A stretch of 64,000 nucleotides of DNA from an uncultured delta proteobacterium (GCA_963699755.1 CAVOVB010000001.1:544001-608000); one strand, 5' to 3'; numbered from the stretch's first letter, positions 51,813-63,134 are shown. Notes: generated from the sequence alone by a model not told the origin. Translations and numbers: made by a program.

Positions 51813-52850
51813 ATGAAGATCGACGCTGGATTGCTGGTCACCGACATGAAGCAAGTCCCGAGCCGAGTCCGCGAGCTCGAAGAGGCGGGGTTCGACGGAT
51901 GCTTCACGTTCGAAGGGCCGCACGAACCGTTCATGCCGCTGGTGCTTGCAGCGGAGCATTCGAAGCTCGAGATCGGAACAGGGCTCGCCATCGCATTCGC
52001 GCGCACCCCCATGACGGTTGCGAACCTGGCTCATGACCTCCAGCAATTTTCGGACGGGCGCTTCTGGCTCGGCCTCGGCTCTCAAATCAAGGCTCACATC
52101 GAGGCACGCTACAGCATGCCCTGGGCGAAACCGGTCTCGCGTATGAAGGAGTTCGTTCGCGCGCTTCGGGCGATCCTCGCGAGCTGGAACGGCAACGAGA
52201 AGCTCGACTTCCGAGGCGAGTTCTACACGCACACCCTGATGCCACCCATTTTCAATCCCGGGCCGGCCAAGGGGGGCCCGCCCGCGATCTATCTCGGGGG
52301 TGTGGGGCCGAAGATGACCGAAGCGGCCGGCGAAGTCGCCGACGGGATGCTCCTACATCCATTCCACACCGAACGCTCGCTCCAAGAAGTCATGCTGCCA
52401 AACTTGCGCAGAGGCTTGGCCGCCTCGGAGCGCAGTGTCTCCGACTTCACCATCTGCGCGCAGGTGCTGGTCGTGACCGGCGCGGACGAGGCCGGCTTCG
52501 AGAACGCGCGGGCGATGACGCGGAACCAGATCGCGTTCTACGCATCGACGCCTGCTTACCTCAGCGTGCTCGCGGCCGAGGGCTGTGGCGAGCTTCAGCC
52601 GGAGCTACGTCGGCTCACCAAGGAGGGCCGTTGGCACGAGATGTCGGCCCTGATCGACGATGAGCTCCTGAACCGAATTGCCGCAGTCGGCACCCCTGGC
52701 GAAGTCGCGGAGATTCTCCATACGCGCTATGGATCATTTGCCGGGCGGCTTGGTTTTTCCTCTCCGTTTCCACTCCCGCAGGACTGCGCATCCGAAATCA
52801 TCAGCGGGCTGCGAAACCGCGCGAAGCCTGCATCAACGACGCCCGTATGA
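51813..52850 (+). CDS. LLM-class, probably F420-dependent, oxidoreductase
   Basis: [42 protein letters not shown]. Confidence 0.88.
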   Translation: MKIDAGLLVTDMKQVPSRVRELEEAGFDGCFTFEGPHEPFMPLVLAAEHSKLEIGTGLAIAFARTPMTVANLAHDLQQFSDGRFWLGLGSQIKAHIEARYSMPWAKPVSRMKEFVRALRAILASWNGNEKLDFRGEFYTHTLMPPIFNPGPAKGGPPAIYLGGVGPKMTEAAGEVADGMLLHPFHTERSLQEVMLPNLRRGLAASERSVSDFTICAQVLVVTGADEAGFENARAMTRNQIAFYASTPAYLSVLAAEGCGELQPELRRLTKEGRWHEMSALIDDELLNRIAAVGTPGEVAEILHTRYGSFAGRLGFSSPFPLPQDCASEIISGLRNRAKPASTTPV

Positions 52851-55225
52851 ACGAACCCCGTTGCATCCCGCTCGAGGCGATTTCCGACGAAGCGGTCGGC
52901 GGCAAGGCCGAAGGGCTCGTTCGTCTCCTTCGGAACGGTTTCGACATTCCTCCGGGCTTCGTGGTGCTGGGCGCAAGCGTCGGCCGCATTCCAAACGACC
53001 TCGACGAGCACTACGCCCGTCTCGGAGCAGGCAGAGTAGCGGTTCGCTCCTCGGCGATCGGGGAGGACTCCGGCGAAGCGTCGTTCGCCGGGCAGTACGA
53101 AACGGCTCTAGACGTCGAAGGCAACGAGGCGCTTCGCGCGGCCGTCGAAGACTGCCTTCGTTCTCTGGAGAACGCGAGTGCCGTTGCGTACCGCGAAGAA
53201 AAGGCGCGCGACCGAGAAACCCAGATGAATGTCCTCGTGCAAGAGATGGTCGATGCGCGTGCGGCCGGTGTCCTCTTCACCGCACACCCGGTCAATGCGC
53301 GACGCGATCGCGTCGTCGTCGACGCCGTTGCTGGCCTCGGCGAAGCACTGGTCAGTGGACATGCTATGCCGGACCATTGGCTTCTCGGGAGGGACGGGGC
53401 GGTGCTGGAGAGCGAGCTGCAGAGCGAGGTGCCCGTCTTGAGCAACGCTGAGCTCAACCTATTGCTCGACGGGGCCCTTCGAGCCGAAGCGCTCTATGGC
53501 GCGCCCCTCGACATGGAGTGGGCCATCGACCAGGCCGGCGAGCTTCGATGGCTTCAGGCCCGTCCGATCACACGGCTTCCGGCCGACCCGAACGAGCTCG
53601 ACACCAAGCCCGATCCGAACGATGTCTACACCTGGTGCAACATCGGAGAAATGATGCCGGGTGCGGTCACGCCGCTGACCTATTCGGTGACCGGCCGTGG
53701 CATCGACCTCGGCATGCAGCGGGCCTACCGGCGCATGGGAGCGAACGTGCCCCACTGCCAGGGACTTCGCTACGTAGGGATGTACTTCGGACACCTGTTT
53801 CTCAACCTCTCGACACTGTCCGAGCTCGCGTCGGCCGTAGCGGGATCCACCAAGAGCCAGATGTGCATCGCGCTCTGTGGCAGGGACATCGAAGAGGTCG
53901 CCGAGCCGACGCCAGAGCCGACATGGAGGCGCGCGATGAACGGCGCCCGGTACTTCTCGCTCCTCGTCGCGGCAACCAAGCACCGCAAGGACCTGGACGA
54001 GCTCCTCGCGGGCTTGAGCCTGCCGAAGATGGGCACCGCGAGGCAGCTGTATCGCGCAATCGACGAGAGCCTTCCGCAGCTCTGGCGAGCCTACGAGCTC
54101 CATCTCTTGTCTTCGTCTTCGTCAGGCGCGCTAGGCCCGATCTTGCTCGCAATCCTGGCGAAAGGAGAGGAGCCGACCCAAATGCATCACGCGGAAGTCG
54201 CGGAGATGCTCGCCGGCGCGACGAACGTCGAGAGTGCGGACATCGCAGAGGGTGTCGAGCGAATCGTCGATCTGCTGGTCGAACACGAAGACGCTGGAGA
54301 GGCATTCGCCAAAGCCGACCCCGAAGCGGCGCTTGCCTGGCTTTGCTCGAGCGATGCCGGCGCAGCGAGCGAGGAGTTCGGACGCTATCTCGATCGGCAC
54401 GGTCATCGCGCGGTTCGCGAGCTAGAGCTTCGGCAGAAGGAATGGGCTATCGATCCGGCACCACTGATCATCTCTTTGCAGTCCGGCCTACGGGCCCGTC
54501 TCCAATTCGGCATGCGTCCTCGAGCCGAACCCGGGCCACGGAGCTCGTCGCAAGGCCATCCGATCCTTCGCAGGCTCCTCCCCCTTGCGCATGCAGCCAT
54601 TCGGACTCGCGAGCACACGAAGTCCGCGCTAGTGGCGGTGACAACGGCGTTCAAGCATGCCTACAGGGCTCTCGGCTCGCGGATGACGGAAGAAGGCCGA
54701 CTGCCGGACCAGGACGCGGTGTTCTTTTTGACCCACCAGGAGCTTGGCGAGCTGCTTCGTGGCCGCCGCGAGCTATCCGACCTCGCGGTGTCACGGCGGC
54801 GGGTCATCGCCTATCAGATGCCACTTCACTTCCCCGAGGTGTTCCGCAACCGACCCGAGCCGCTAGGGCTCGAGCGGATGGAAGGCAGAGATGGGGCGCT
54901 CGTCGGTAAGCCGGTGAGCCGAGGCAAGGTCACGGGGCGCGCACGGGTCGTCGAGACCCTCGAGGAGGCGGCCGCGCTCGAAGCAGGCGAAGTCCTGATC
55001 GCGCCCATCACCGACGTCGGCTGGACGCCCTATTTCAGTCTTATCGCTGGGCTGGCCACCGACGTCGGGAGCGCGGTCTCGCACGGGGCGGTCGTCGCTC
55101 GCGAATATGGCCTTCCGGCGGTCGTGAACCTCCGAGTCGCGACCCAGCGCATTCAAACCGGGGACCTGGTCACACTCGATGGCGACCAGGGCACGCTGAC
55201 CTTGGTCGAGCCTGAACCTCGTTGA
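52847..55225 (+). CDS. PEP-utilizing / PPDK-like phosphotransferase (rifampin phosphotransferase-type architecture)
   Basis: GGKA, AVRSSA..ED....SFAGQYET, EWA, LQARPIT; C-terminal swivel domain TDVGWTP...SHGAVVAREYG. Confidence 0.88.
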   Translation: MNEPRCIPLEAISDEAVGGKAEGLVRLLRNGFDIPPGFVVLGASVGRIPNDLDEHYARLGAGRVAVRSSAIGEDSGEASFAGQYETALDVEGNEALRAAVEDCLRSLENASAVAYREEKARDRETQMNVLVQEMVDARAAGVLFTAHPVNARRDRVVVDAVAGLGEALVSGHAMPDHWLLGRDGAVLESELQSEVPVLSNAELNLLLDGALRAEALYGAPLDMEWAIDQAGELRWLQARPITRLPADPNELDTKPDPNDVYTWCNIGEMMPGAVTPLTYSVTGRGIDLGMQRAYRRMGANVPHCQGLRYVGMYFGHLFLNLSTLSELASAVAGSTKSQMCIALCGRDIEEVAEPTPEPTWRRAMNGARYFSLLVAATKHRKDLDELLAGLSLPKMGTARQLYRAIDESLPQLWRAYELHLLSSSSSGALGPILLAILAKGEEPTQMHHAEVAEMLAGATNVESADIAEGVERIVDLLVEHEDAGEAFAKADPEAALAWLCSSDAGAASEEFGRYLDRHGHRAVRELELRQKEWAIDPAPLIISLQSGLRARLQFGMRPRAEPGPRSSSQGHPILRRLLPLAHAAIRTREHTKSALVAVTTAFKHAYRALGSRMTEEGRLPDQDAVFFLTHQELGELLRGRRELSDLAVSRRRVIAYQMPLHFPEVFRNRPEPLGLERMEGRDGALVGKPVSRGKVTGRARVVETLEEAAALEAGEVLIAPITDVGWTPYFSLIAGLATDVGSAVSHGAVVAREYGLPAVVNLRVATQRIQTGDLVTLDGDQGTLTLVEPEPR

Positions 55226-55292
55226 GCGCAGGCCTTGGGGCTCTTGACTTCCAGGGGCAGTATGCGATCCGCAAGCCCCGAAGGAGCTATCC

Positions 55293-56447
55293 ATGGTCGC
55301 CACGATCGGACTCACCGGCTTGCGCCCGAACCCGTCCCGCGTCTCTCGAATCGCGTCCCCCCCGTACGATGTGATCAAACCAGGAACCCCACTCGAGAAG
55401 TGGCTCGCAGGCGAGCCGAGCTCGCTCTATCACATCAGCTTGGGAGCAGAGCCGGCAGCGGCGCGTGATCGCTTGCTCGCCGAGGGGTCACTCGTCGAAG
55501 ACGACGAGCCTTCGTACTACGTCTACGAGCAGACCTGGCCCGACGGCCGGCGAACCGGAGTCTTCGCGGCGGCGGAGGTTTCTCCCTATGGCGCCAGGCA
55601 GATCATCCGGCACGAGAAGACTTTCGACGACAAAGTGAAAGGGCGAATCGAGATGCGCCGCGCCACCGGTCTTCACGTCGGACCGGTATTCGTCCTGACC
55701 AGAGCACCGATCGCGTCGGTCCTCGAGGAGGCAAAGCAGGAAGCCGACCCGATCTACGACTTCACGAGCGAGTTCGGCGGCTACAGCGAGCTCGAGGGGA
55801 TTCGAAACAAGGTTTGGCGCGTGCCAGAGGCAAGCCAGACGGGTCGGGCGCTTCAAGCTGCGCTCGACACCGAGCCTTTCTACATTGCCGATGGTCACCA
55901 TCGTTACCACGCGAGCCTCTTGAACGAGCAGACCCATTTTCTTTGCTACGTCACCGAAGAAGCGGTGATCCAGGCCTACAACCGCGTCATCAATGGCGTT
56001 CGCCCATTCTCCGAAATCGCGGGCGACCTCTACTTGAGGCCGGTGGATTCGTTCCGGACGCCCAAAAAGCACAGCTTCTGCATCTACACGAAGAACGGCT
56101 GCTTCGAGCTCGACGCGAAAGAGGTTCCCGGCGACGTCGTCGGGCGCCTCGACTGCGCCATCCTCGAGCGCGAGCTCTACCCGAAGCTTGGACTGACCCA
56201 CGATATGGTCGTCGATGCCGATCACTTCGACTACTACTCGGAGGCGGCGGTCGACGAAATGAAGGCGGCGGTCGATCGAGGCGACTACGACATCGCGATT
56301 GCGCTGCACCCGGTGAGCCTCGAGGAGCTCATGGCGGTGGCCGATGCAGGCCTCGAAAATCCCGAGGTGGTCATGCCTGAAAAGAGCACTTTCTTTCAGC
56401 CCAAGATCCTCTCCGGTCTTTTTCTGTACCGGCTGGCCAAGAAATGA
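55293..56447 (+). CDS. DUF1015 family protein
   Basis: SPPYDVI, HEKT, YIADGHHR, MPEKSTFFQPK..SGL. Confidence 0.85.
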   Translation: MVATIGLTGLRPNPSRVSRIASPPYDVIKPGTPLEKWLAGEPSSLYHISLGAEPAAARDRLLAEGSLVEDDEPSYYVYEQTWPDGRRTGVFAAAEVSPYGARQIIRHEKTFDDKVKGRIEMRRATGLHVGPVFVLTRAPIASVLEEAKQEADPIYDFTSEFGGYSELEGIRNKVWRVPEASQTGRALQAALDTEPFYIADGHHRYHASLLNEQTHFLCYVTEEAVIQAYNRVINGVRPFSEIAGDLYLRPVDSFRTPKKHSFCIYTKNGCFELDAKEVPGDVVGRLDCAILERELYPKLGLTHDMVVDADHFDYYSEAAVDEMKAAVDRGDYDIAIALHPVSLEELMAVADAGLENPEVVMPEKSTFFQPKILSGLFLYRLAKK

Positions 56448-57427
56448 GCGCCCTCCCGCAGTACGGTAAGCACCTGCATCCAAGCGCGACGATGCGAGCC
56501 GTGGTGATCGACCGATACGGTGGTCCAGAGGTGCTCCGACAGGCACGCGTTCCACGTCCGGTTCCAACGCGCGGCCAAGTTCTCGTCCGAACGCGCTTCA
56601 TCGGAGTGAATCCGAAAGACGTGATCGTCCGCAAAGGAAAGTTTCGCATCGCGACAGGCAAGAAATTTCCGCTGATCCTTGGACACGACATCGCTGGGGA
56701 GGTCGTAGAAGCCGGGGACGGCGCTGATCTCGCCGAAGGCGAGCGGGTTTATGGAATGATCAACGACTTTGCGGGACGCGCATACGCCGAGTACGCCGCG
56801 GTCGACACAAAGCAAGTCGCCAAAGCGCCTTCGTCGATCGAGCTGCGCGCCGCTGCCGCAGTGCCGCTCGCGGCCCAGACCGCACTCCAAGCGCTCCGAG
56901 ACGACGCCCACGTGAAGTCAGGTCAGAAGGTCCTGATCAACGGGGCATCGGGTGGCGTCGGGGTATTCGCCGTGCAGATCGCGAAGATCCTCGGCGCAGA
57001 GGTCACCGCGGTGTGCAGCCATCGAAACGTCGATCTAGTGACTGACCTCGGCGCCGACCGCGTCATCGACTACACGCAAACCGAGCTCGTCGACCTCGAC
57101 GAACGGTTCGATGCGATCTTCGATGTTTTCGGCAACTACAGGTTCGACAGCTTGAAAAACCAGCTCTCCCCGCGGGGCACTTATGTGAACACGATTCCGA
57201 GCGCAGGCATCTTCAAAGACGTAGCCCGAACGTTGCTAGGCCCAAAGCGAGCCAAGTTGGTGATCGTCCGTTCTCGACGAGGCCAGCTGGACTGGCTGTG
57301 TCAAGAGATCGATGCGGGGCGTCTCCGCGTCGTCGTCGACCGCTCCTTCCCCCTCCAGGATGCTGCCGAAGCCCACCGATACATGGAAACCAAACGTGCC
57401 CGCGGCAAAGTCGTTTTGGAAGTCTAG
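56444..57427 (+). CDS. NAD(P)-dependent quinone oxidoreductase / zinc-independent MDR
   Basis: YGGPEVL, GVNPKD, LINGASGGVG, RARGKVVL. Confidence 0.88.
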   Translation: MSALPQYGKHLHPSATMRAVVIDRYGGPEVLRQARVPRPVPTRGQVLVRTRFIGVNPKDVIVRKGKFRIATGKKFPLILGHDIAGEVVEAGDGADLAEGERVYGMINDFAGRAYAEYAAVDTKQVAKAPSSIELRAAAAVPLAAQTALQALRDDAHVKSGQKVLINGASGGVGVFAVQIAKILGAEVTAVCSHRNVDLVTDLGADRVIDYTQTELVDLDERFDAIFDVFGNYRFDSLKNQLSPRGTYVNTIPSAGIFKDVARTLLGPKRAKLVIVRSRRGQLDWLCQEIDAGRLRVVVDRSFPLQDAAEAHRYMETKRARGKVVLEV

Positions 57428-57442
57428 GCTAAAGGGAGCGCA

Positions 57443-58660
57443 ATGAATTTTACGTATAGCGACAAGGCACAGGCACTGATCTCCCGCCTTCAAGCGTTCA
57501 TGGAGGCGAACATCTATCCGAACGAGGCAGCCATCCGCGTGCAGCATGACTTGCTTCCTGATCGCTGGGATACACCGCCCCTGCTCGAGGAGCTCAAGAA
57601 GAAGGCACAGGATGCCGGCCTTTGGAATCTCTTTTTGCCCGAGAGCGAGCGCGGCGCCGGGCTGACCAATCTCGAGTATGCACCGCTTTGCGAGATCATG
57701 GGCCGCGTCTGGTTTGCGCCCGAGGTCTTCAACTGCGCTGCGCCCGACACAGGCAACATGGAGGTGTTGGACCGCTACGGGACCGACGCGCAAAAGGCCC
57801 AATGGTTGGATCCGCTGCTCGCCGGACGCATTCGCTCGGCATTTGCGATGACCGAGCCGGACGTCGCCTCTTCGGACGCGACCAACATTTGCACCGAGAT
57901 TCGACGCGACGGCGACGAATACGTGATCAACGGTCGCAAGTGGTGGACCTCCGGCATCATGGACAAGCGCTGCAAGATCATGATCGTGATGGGCAAGAGC
58001 GATCCTGACGCCTCTTCGCACCTGCAGCAGAGCATGATCCTCGTGCCCCGGGATGCGAGGGGCGTGACCGTCGAGCGCTATCTCCCGGTGTACGGCTTCG
58101 ATGATGCGCCTCATGGGCACGGGCAGGTTCTTTTCGACGACGTGCGTGTGCCGGCGAGCAACATGCTGCTCGGTGAGGGCCGCGGATTCGAAATCGCGCA
58201 GGGACGTCTTGGTCCGGGCAGGATTCACCACTGCATGCGGCTCATCGGCGTCGCCGAGCGCGCGCTCGAGAAGATGTGCGTGCGACTCATGAGCCGGACG
58301 GCATTCGGCAAGAAGATCTACGAACATTCGGTCTGGGAGGAGCGGGTGGCAGACGCCCGGATCGACATCGAGTGTGCGCGGCTCCTGACGCTCAAGGCCG
58401 CCGACATGATGGACAAGGTCGGAAACAAGGCGGCGCGCGCGGAGATCGCGATGATCAAGGTGAAAGCGCCCATCACCGCGCTGAAGGTCTTGGACGATGC
58501 GATTCAGGCACACGGTGGCGGGGGGGTCACGACAGACTTCGGGCTGGCGGAAACCTGGGCTCAGAGCAGGACCCTGCGACTCGCCGACGGTCCGGACGAA
58601 GTTCACCGCCGGACCATCGCGCGAATCGAGTTCAAGAAGCACGCGGCGCGCAGCCGCTGA
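57443..58660 (+). CDS. Acyl-CoA dehydrogenase (ACAD10/11-like)
   Basis: [50 protein letters not shown]. Confidence 0.92.
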   Translation: MNFTYSDKAQALISRLQAFMEANIYPNEAAIRVQHDLLPDRWDTPPLLEELKKKAQDAGLWNLFLPESERGAGLTNLEYAPLCEIMGRVWFAPEVFNCAAPDTGNMEVLDRYGTDAQKAQWLDPLLAGRIRSAFAMTEPDVASSDATNICTEIRRDGDEYVINGRKWWTSGIMDKRCKIMIVMGKSDPDASSHLQQSMILVPRDARGVTVERYLPVYGFDDAPHGHGQVLFDDVRVPASNMLLGEGRGFEIAQGRLGPGRIHHCMRLIGVAERALEKMCVRLMSRTAFGKKIYEHSVWEERVADARIDIECARLLTLKAADMMDKVGNKAARAEIAMIKVKAPITALKVLDDAIQAHGGGGVTTDFGLAETWAQSRTLRLADGPDEVHRRTIARIEFKKHAARSR

Positions 58661-58703
58661 GCTGGCTTTGTCAGCCAAGCGGGATCGGTTACCATCCGCC
58701 GCG

Positions 58704-60785
58704 ATGACTCTGAGAAGGCTTTCTTGCGTCCCGCTCGCCATCATGATCGCCTGCAGTAGCGATCGCAGCGCCAACAGCAACCCTCTCGAAGATCGCGTCG
58801 ACGCGCTCCTCTCTCAGATGACGCTCGAAGAGAAAGTCGCGCAGATGGCCGGGAACACCGCATTAGGGGCGGACTACGGCCGAGAACTTTGGAACGTCCC
58901 CGGCCTCGAACGTCTCGGCATTCCTCCGTTTCGAATGTCGGACGGCCCGAGGGGCGTCGGAGTGCGCGATGGCGCAACCGCGTTTCCTGTGGCCATGGCG
59001 CGCGGCGCGACCTGGAACCCTGAGCTCGAACGTCGTGTGGGTGAGGCGATGGGGCGAGAGCTCCGCGCCATTGGCGGCAACGTCTTGCTAGGACCGACAA
59101 TCAACAATCTGCGGCACCCGAGCTGGGGACGATCCCAAGAAACCTACGGAGAGGACGTCCATCTCTTATCACGCATGGGCGTCGCCATGGTTCAGGGGCT
59201 CCAGCAGTACGTGCTCGCCAATCCCAAGCACTTTGCGCTCAACAGCATCGAGGACACCCGCTTTTCGGTCGATGTGACCGTGGACGAGCGTTCGCTTCGC
59301 GAGATCTACCTCGCGCACTTTCGGGCGGCCGTTCATGAAGGCGGCGCCGCGTCGATCATGAGCGCCTACAACTCGGTCAACGGACAGTTCTGCGGCGAAA
59401 ACGAGGTCCTGCTGCGCGGCATTCTCAAAGGCGACTGGGGCTTCGATGGTTTTGTGCTCTCAGACTTCGTCCTTGGGACGCATCCGAGCTCAGCCCTCAA
59501 CGGCCTCGACCTCGAGATGCCGGCGGCCGCCGTCTTTCGGACTCTTCTGACTCAAGTGCAGACCGGAGAAGTCCCCGAAGAGGTCGTCGACGACGCCGTT
59601 CGGCGAATGGTCCGAAAGAAGCTGGAGTACGGGCTCGACAAGCCCAGCCCTGTCGATGAAAGCGTGATCGCAAGCGATGCGCACCTCGCCCTGGCACAGG
59701 ACGTTGCCACCGAAGGCGCGGTTCTGCTCAAGAATCAGCGAAGCGTTCTCCCGCTCGATGTCTCCGGGCTGACGCGGATTGCGGTGGTGGGCTCACTCGC
59801 CGGTGCGATCAACATCGGCGACACCGGTAGCAGTAGCGTGCGTCCTTCCTTTGTCATCACCCCTCTGCAAGGCATCGTGGATGCGGTCGGCGATGAGGTG
59901 GCCATCGACCAGATCGGCAGGGACGTCCTCGGGGCCGACGACCTCGCGCTGATCGCCGCCGCAGATGCGGTAATCGTCGTCACCGGCCTCAGCGCTGAAG
60001 ATGAAGGAGAAGGAGGGATCGGCGCTGGAGACCGCCTCGACCTAGGTCTATCAGCGGAGCGGGTGGCATTGCTCCAAGACTGTGCCGCCGCAAACGAACG
60101 TACGATCGTCGTGCTCGAGGGCGGCAGCGCGATTACGATGGCCGACTGGCTCCCCGACATCGAGGCGCTCTTGATGGTCTGGTACCCAGGGCAAATGGGC
60201 GGCGAAGCCATCGCAGATCTTCTCTTCGGCGACGCCAACCCGTCGGGCAAATTGCCGATCACCTTTCCCACAGGGGTCGATCAGCTCCCCCCGTTCGACA
60301 ATGTGTCGGATGAAGCGACCTACGGCTATTTCCACGGCTACCGGTACCTCGACCGGAACGGCTCGACCCCCGAGTTCCCGTTCGGGTTTGGCATGAGCTA
60401 CACGACATTCTCCATCGAGAACCTTCGGGCGAGTCAAACCGAGGCCCGGGCGGGCGATGTAGTCCGCTTCAGCGTCGACGTGACGAATACCGGTTCGGTG
60501 CCCGGCGCCGAGGTCGTGCAGCTCTACGTGGCCTACCCGGGCTCGGCCGTGGAGCGCTCCGAGCGCGACCTCAAGGGCTTCGCCAAAGTGATGCTGGAAC
60601 CGGGTGCAAGCCAGACCGTCGAGATCGCCTTGCCGGTAAGCGAGCTCGCGTACTACGATGTCTCCGCTTCCGCCTGGGCCCTAGAAGGGCTGGAGCACGC
60701 GATTCACGTCGGCAGCTCTTCACGAGATTTGCCCCTGTCTGCGACCCTGACTGTCGCCGCCCAGGCTCCCGTTTCGGTGTACTGA
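58704..60785 (+). CDS. GH3 beta-glucosidase, lipoprotein
   Basis: Lipobox MIA-C; SDGPRG, ETYGED, KHF, GFVLSDF, FPFGFGMSYT; C-terminal FnIII-like domain; start at ATG 58704. Confidence 0.93.
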   Translation: MTLRRLSCVPLAIMIACSSDRSANSNPLEDRVDALLSQMTLEEKVAQMAGNTALGADYGRELWNVPGLERLGIPPFRMSDGPRGVGVRDGATAFPVAMARGATWNPELERRVGEAMGRELRAIGGNVLLGPTINNLRHPSWGRSQETYGEDVHLLSRMGVAMVQGLQQYVLANPKHFALNSIEDTRFSVDVTVDERSLREIYLAHFRAAVHEGGAASIMSAYNSVNGQFCGENEVLLRGILKGDWGFDGFVLSDFVLGTHPSSALNGLDLEMPAAAVFRTLLTQVQTGEVPEEVVDDAVRRMVRKKLEYGLDKPSPVDESVIASDAHLALAQDVATEGAVLLKNQRSVLPLDVSGLTRIAVVGSLAGAINIGDTGSSSVRPSFVITPLQGIVDAVGDEVAIDQIGRDVLGADDLALIAAADAVIVVTGLSAEDEGEGGIGAGDRLDLGLSAERVALLQDCAAANERTIVVLEGGSAITMADWLPDIEALLMVWYPGQMGGEAIADLLFGDANPSGKLPITFPTGVDQLPPFDNVSDEATYGYFHGYRYLDRNGSTPEFPFGFGMSYTTFSIENLRASQTEARAGDVVRFSVDVTNTGSVPGAEVVQLYVAYPGSAVERSERDLKGFAKVMLEPGASQTVEIALPVSELAYYDVSASAWALEGLEHAIHVGSSSRDLPLSATLTVAAQAPVSVY

Positions 60786-60833
60786 GGCGAGGTTTCGCGC
60801 TAGCGTCGGATCGGTTTTGGGTAGGAGTAGCAG

Positions 60834-61622
60834 ATGCGAAGATTGACCTGGGCCATCGCAGCGCTTGCCGTGATGCAGGCTGGCCACGCGGGCGCGGCCC
60901 TTGCCGATGCCGGATTCAGGAGTATCGACTTCCCCGCCGAGGGTGGCATCCAAGGACGAGCCGACCTCTATGGGTCCGAGGAGTCGGCCACGCTGATCCT
61001 GCTCTTTCACCAGGCCGGCTGGAGCCGCGGGGAGTACAGAGAGATCGCCCCAAAGCTGGTCGCGCGGGGGTATCGTGTGATGGCGGTCGATCAGCGCTCG
61101 GGCGGCGCTATCAACCGGGTGCAGAACGAAACCCATCGGCGGGCCACGAAGATGGGCTTGGCTCGAAGCTATCTGGATGCATACGTCGATCTGGAAAGCG
61201 CGCTCCGCTATGCGCACGAGAAGCTCGGCGCTGAGCGAATCATCGTATGGGGCAGCTCCTACTCGGCATCGCTTGTCTTTCGTTTGGCCGCCGAGCATCC
61301 GGACCGGGTGACAGCGGTGGTGGCGTTCGCTCCAGGCGAGTACTTCGAAAAGCAGAAGGGCCCGATCTACATCCGGGACTTCGCCAAGCGCGTGAAGCAA
61401 CCGCTTTTCGTCACCTCCTCGAAGAAGGAGCGTGAGCAAGTGAAGCCGATCTTCGATGCGTCCCCTGCCGAAAAGAAGATCCTCTTCACCCCGGCGTCCA
61501 GCGGCCAGCACGGCTCTCGCGCCTTGTGGGAGAAGTTTAACGACCACGACGTCTACTGGGCAGCGATAAACGGCTTCCTCGGCAGCTACGCTCCCGCGAT
61601 TTCCCCAGCGCCGCCCAACTGA
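60834..61622 (+). CDS. Secreted alpha/beta hydrolase
   Basis: Signal peptide; LFHQAGWSRGEY, DQRSGG, WGSSYSA, HGSRAL. Confidence 0.8.
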   Translation: MRRLTWAIAALAVMQAGHAGAALADAGFRSIDFPAEGGIQGRADLYGSEESATLILLFHQAGWSRGEYREIAPKLVARGYRVMAVDQRSGGAINRVQNETHRRATKMGLARSYLDAYVDLESALRYAHEKLGAERIIVWGSSYSASLVFRLAAEHPDRVTAVVAFAPGEYFEKQKGPIYIRDFAKRVKQPLFVTSSKKEREQVKPIFDASPAEKKILFTPASSGQHGSRALWEKFNDHDVYWAAINGFLGSYAPAISPAPPN

Positions 61623-61663
61623 GCCCGCTGGAAACGCCACCTAGCCGCGCTAAAGCGAGGCCC

Positions 61664-63091
61664 GTGGGCACGACCCCCAGCCAGCCTGTCTTGGATCTCG
61701 ATCACGCGCGACGAGCGGGACGACAGCTCGGGCTCGAGATCGATATTGCAAGTCAGGTGCAATCGTACCAAGCGCATCGTTGGCACCGAGGCGACACGCC
61801 GCACCCGACCCTGCAGCTCGACGACGTGTCGGCGATTCCTTTCCTCGCCGAGATCGCAGGCGTCGAGGAGTATCAGCACCGAGGCCGTCTCCGCGCGGGT
61901 GATGGCGACCTCTACGTCACCGTCACGCCCGCCGTCAGTGGCTACGAATCCTACTGTCACGACACCCTCGTCATGGGTGCACCAGAGCATCTGGTAGCTG
62001 ATCCCGTCGGACCAGCGATTGCGGTCGCCCGTGCCTGCACCAGAGGGCACTGTCATGCCCATCTCGTCGAAACCGCCGCGGCGGCAGGCGGGCTGACGAT
62101 TCATCCCTACATGGGCATCGAGGACGTCTGGGAGCTTGCGGCGATGCTCAGCGTAGACAGTCGCTGCCCAATCCGTGTGCTCGCGCCACCGCCTCCCGTC
62201 ACGTGGATCGCCAATGACAAGGCCCTCTTCGGCGAGCTCGTCGCGCGCGTGCTCGGACGCGAGGCGCTGGTCGAAACGCGGATCTCGCGCGACGCCGCGG
62301 GGATCGCCACCGATCTTCGAACGCTATCAGGCCGGCACCGGCGCGTCGGCCTCAAGCGAACCCGATGCGCATCGGCGATGGGCAATGCCGTATTCGCATC
62401 AAGCAAGATCGACTCGGATCGCGCAGCCGCACAGATGGTGCAAGAGTTCCTTCGTCGCACCGAATGGCCCGACGGCGAGGAAGTGCTGGCGGTCGCCTGG
62501 CTGGACACTGACCTCTCGCCATCGACTCAGCTTTGGATCCCGCCTCTGGGCCTTGGCGAGCCGCGCCTCGACGGCATCTACGAGCAGATCTTGAAAGGCG
62601 AAGAGAAGGTCTTCGTCGGCAGCCGCCCCTCGACCCTCCCCGATGCGGTCAACCGGGAGCTCGGATCCGCTGCATTGATGTTGGGCGCCGCGCTTCAAGA
62701 GCTAGGGTACGTCGGTCGCTGCTCGTTCGACCACCTGGTGATCGGTGATCCGAACGGTGCCTTTCGAGTCCTGTTCACCGAATGCAACGGGCGTTGGGGT
62801 GGCACAAGCACACCGATGAGCCTGCTCGACCGCCTGGTCGATGGCCCACGCCCGGCATACCGCGCGCAAGACGTGGTCTATCCCGAGCTCATCGGGGCGA
62901 GCCTTGCCGACCTGCTCGAGCTCCTCGGCGATCTGCTGTTTCGAACCGATAGCGGCCAGGGACGCTTCATCCTCTACAACCTCGGCCCCCTCGATGGGCA
63001 CGGCAAGTTCGACGTGATTTCGATCGGCTCCGATTCAGAAGACGCCGAGCGAGGCGTGCTCGAAATCCTTCCGAAGCGCCTCGGCCTGTGA
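61664..63091 (+). CDS. ATP-grasp domain protein (peptide-ligase-like)
   Basis: HPYMG, ANDK, SAMGN, GYVGRCSFD, ECNGRWGG. Start uncertain. Confidence 0.7.
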   Translation: MGTTPSQPVLDLDHARRAGRQLGLEIDIASQVQSYQAHRWHRGDTPHPTLQLDDVSAIPFLAEIAGVEEYQHRGRLRAGDGDLYVTVTPAVSGYESYCHDTLVMGAPEHLVADPVGPAIAVARACTRGHCHAHLVETAAAAGGLTIHPYMGIEDVWELAAMLSVDSRCPIRVLAPPPPVTWIANDKALFGELVARVLGREALVETRISRDAAGIATDLRTLSGRHRRVGLKRTRCASAMGNAVFASSKIDSDRAAAQMVQEFLRRTEWPDGEEVLAVAWLDTDLSPSTQLWIPPLGLGEPRLDGIYEQILKGEEKVFVGSRPSTLPDAVNRELGSAALMLGAALQELGYVGRCSFDHLVIGDPNGAFRVLFTECNGRWGGTSTPMSLLDRLVDGPRPAYRAQDVVYPELIGASLADLLELLGDLLFRTDSGQGRFILYNLGPLDGHGKFDVISIGSDSEDAERGVLEILPKRLGL

Positions 63092-63134
63092 AACCGGCTT
63101 GCCGCGACGATGGCTATCTGCCTATGGTCCCCGC

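Noticed and set aside
53518..54909. 463-aa Arg-rich ORF
   Set aside because: Off-frame within the PEP-utilizing enzyme gene.
57236..58780. 514-aa minus-strand ORF
   Set aside because: Antisense to the acyl-CoA dehydrogenase.
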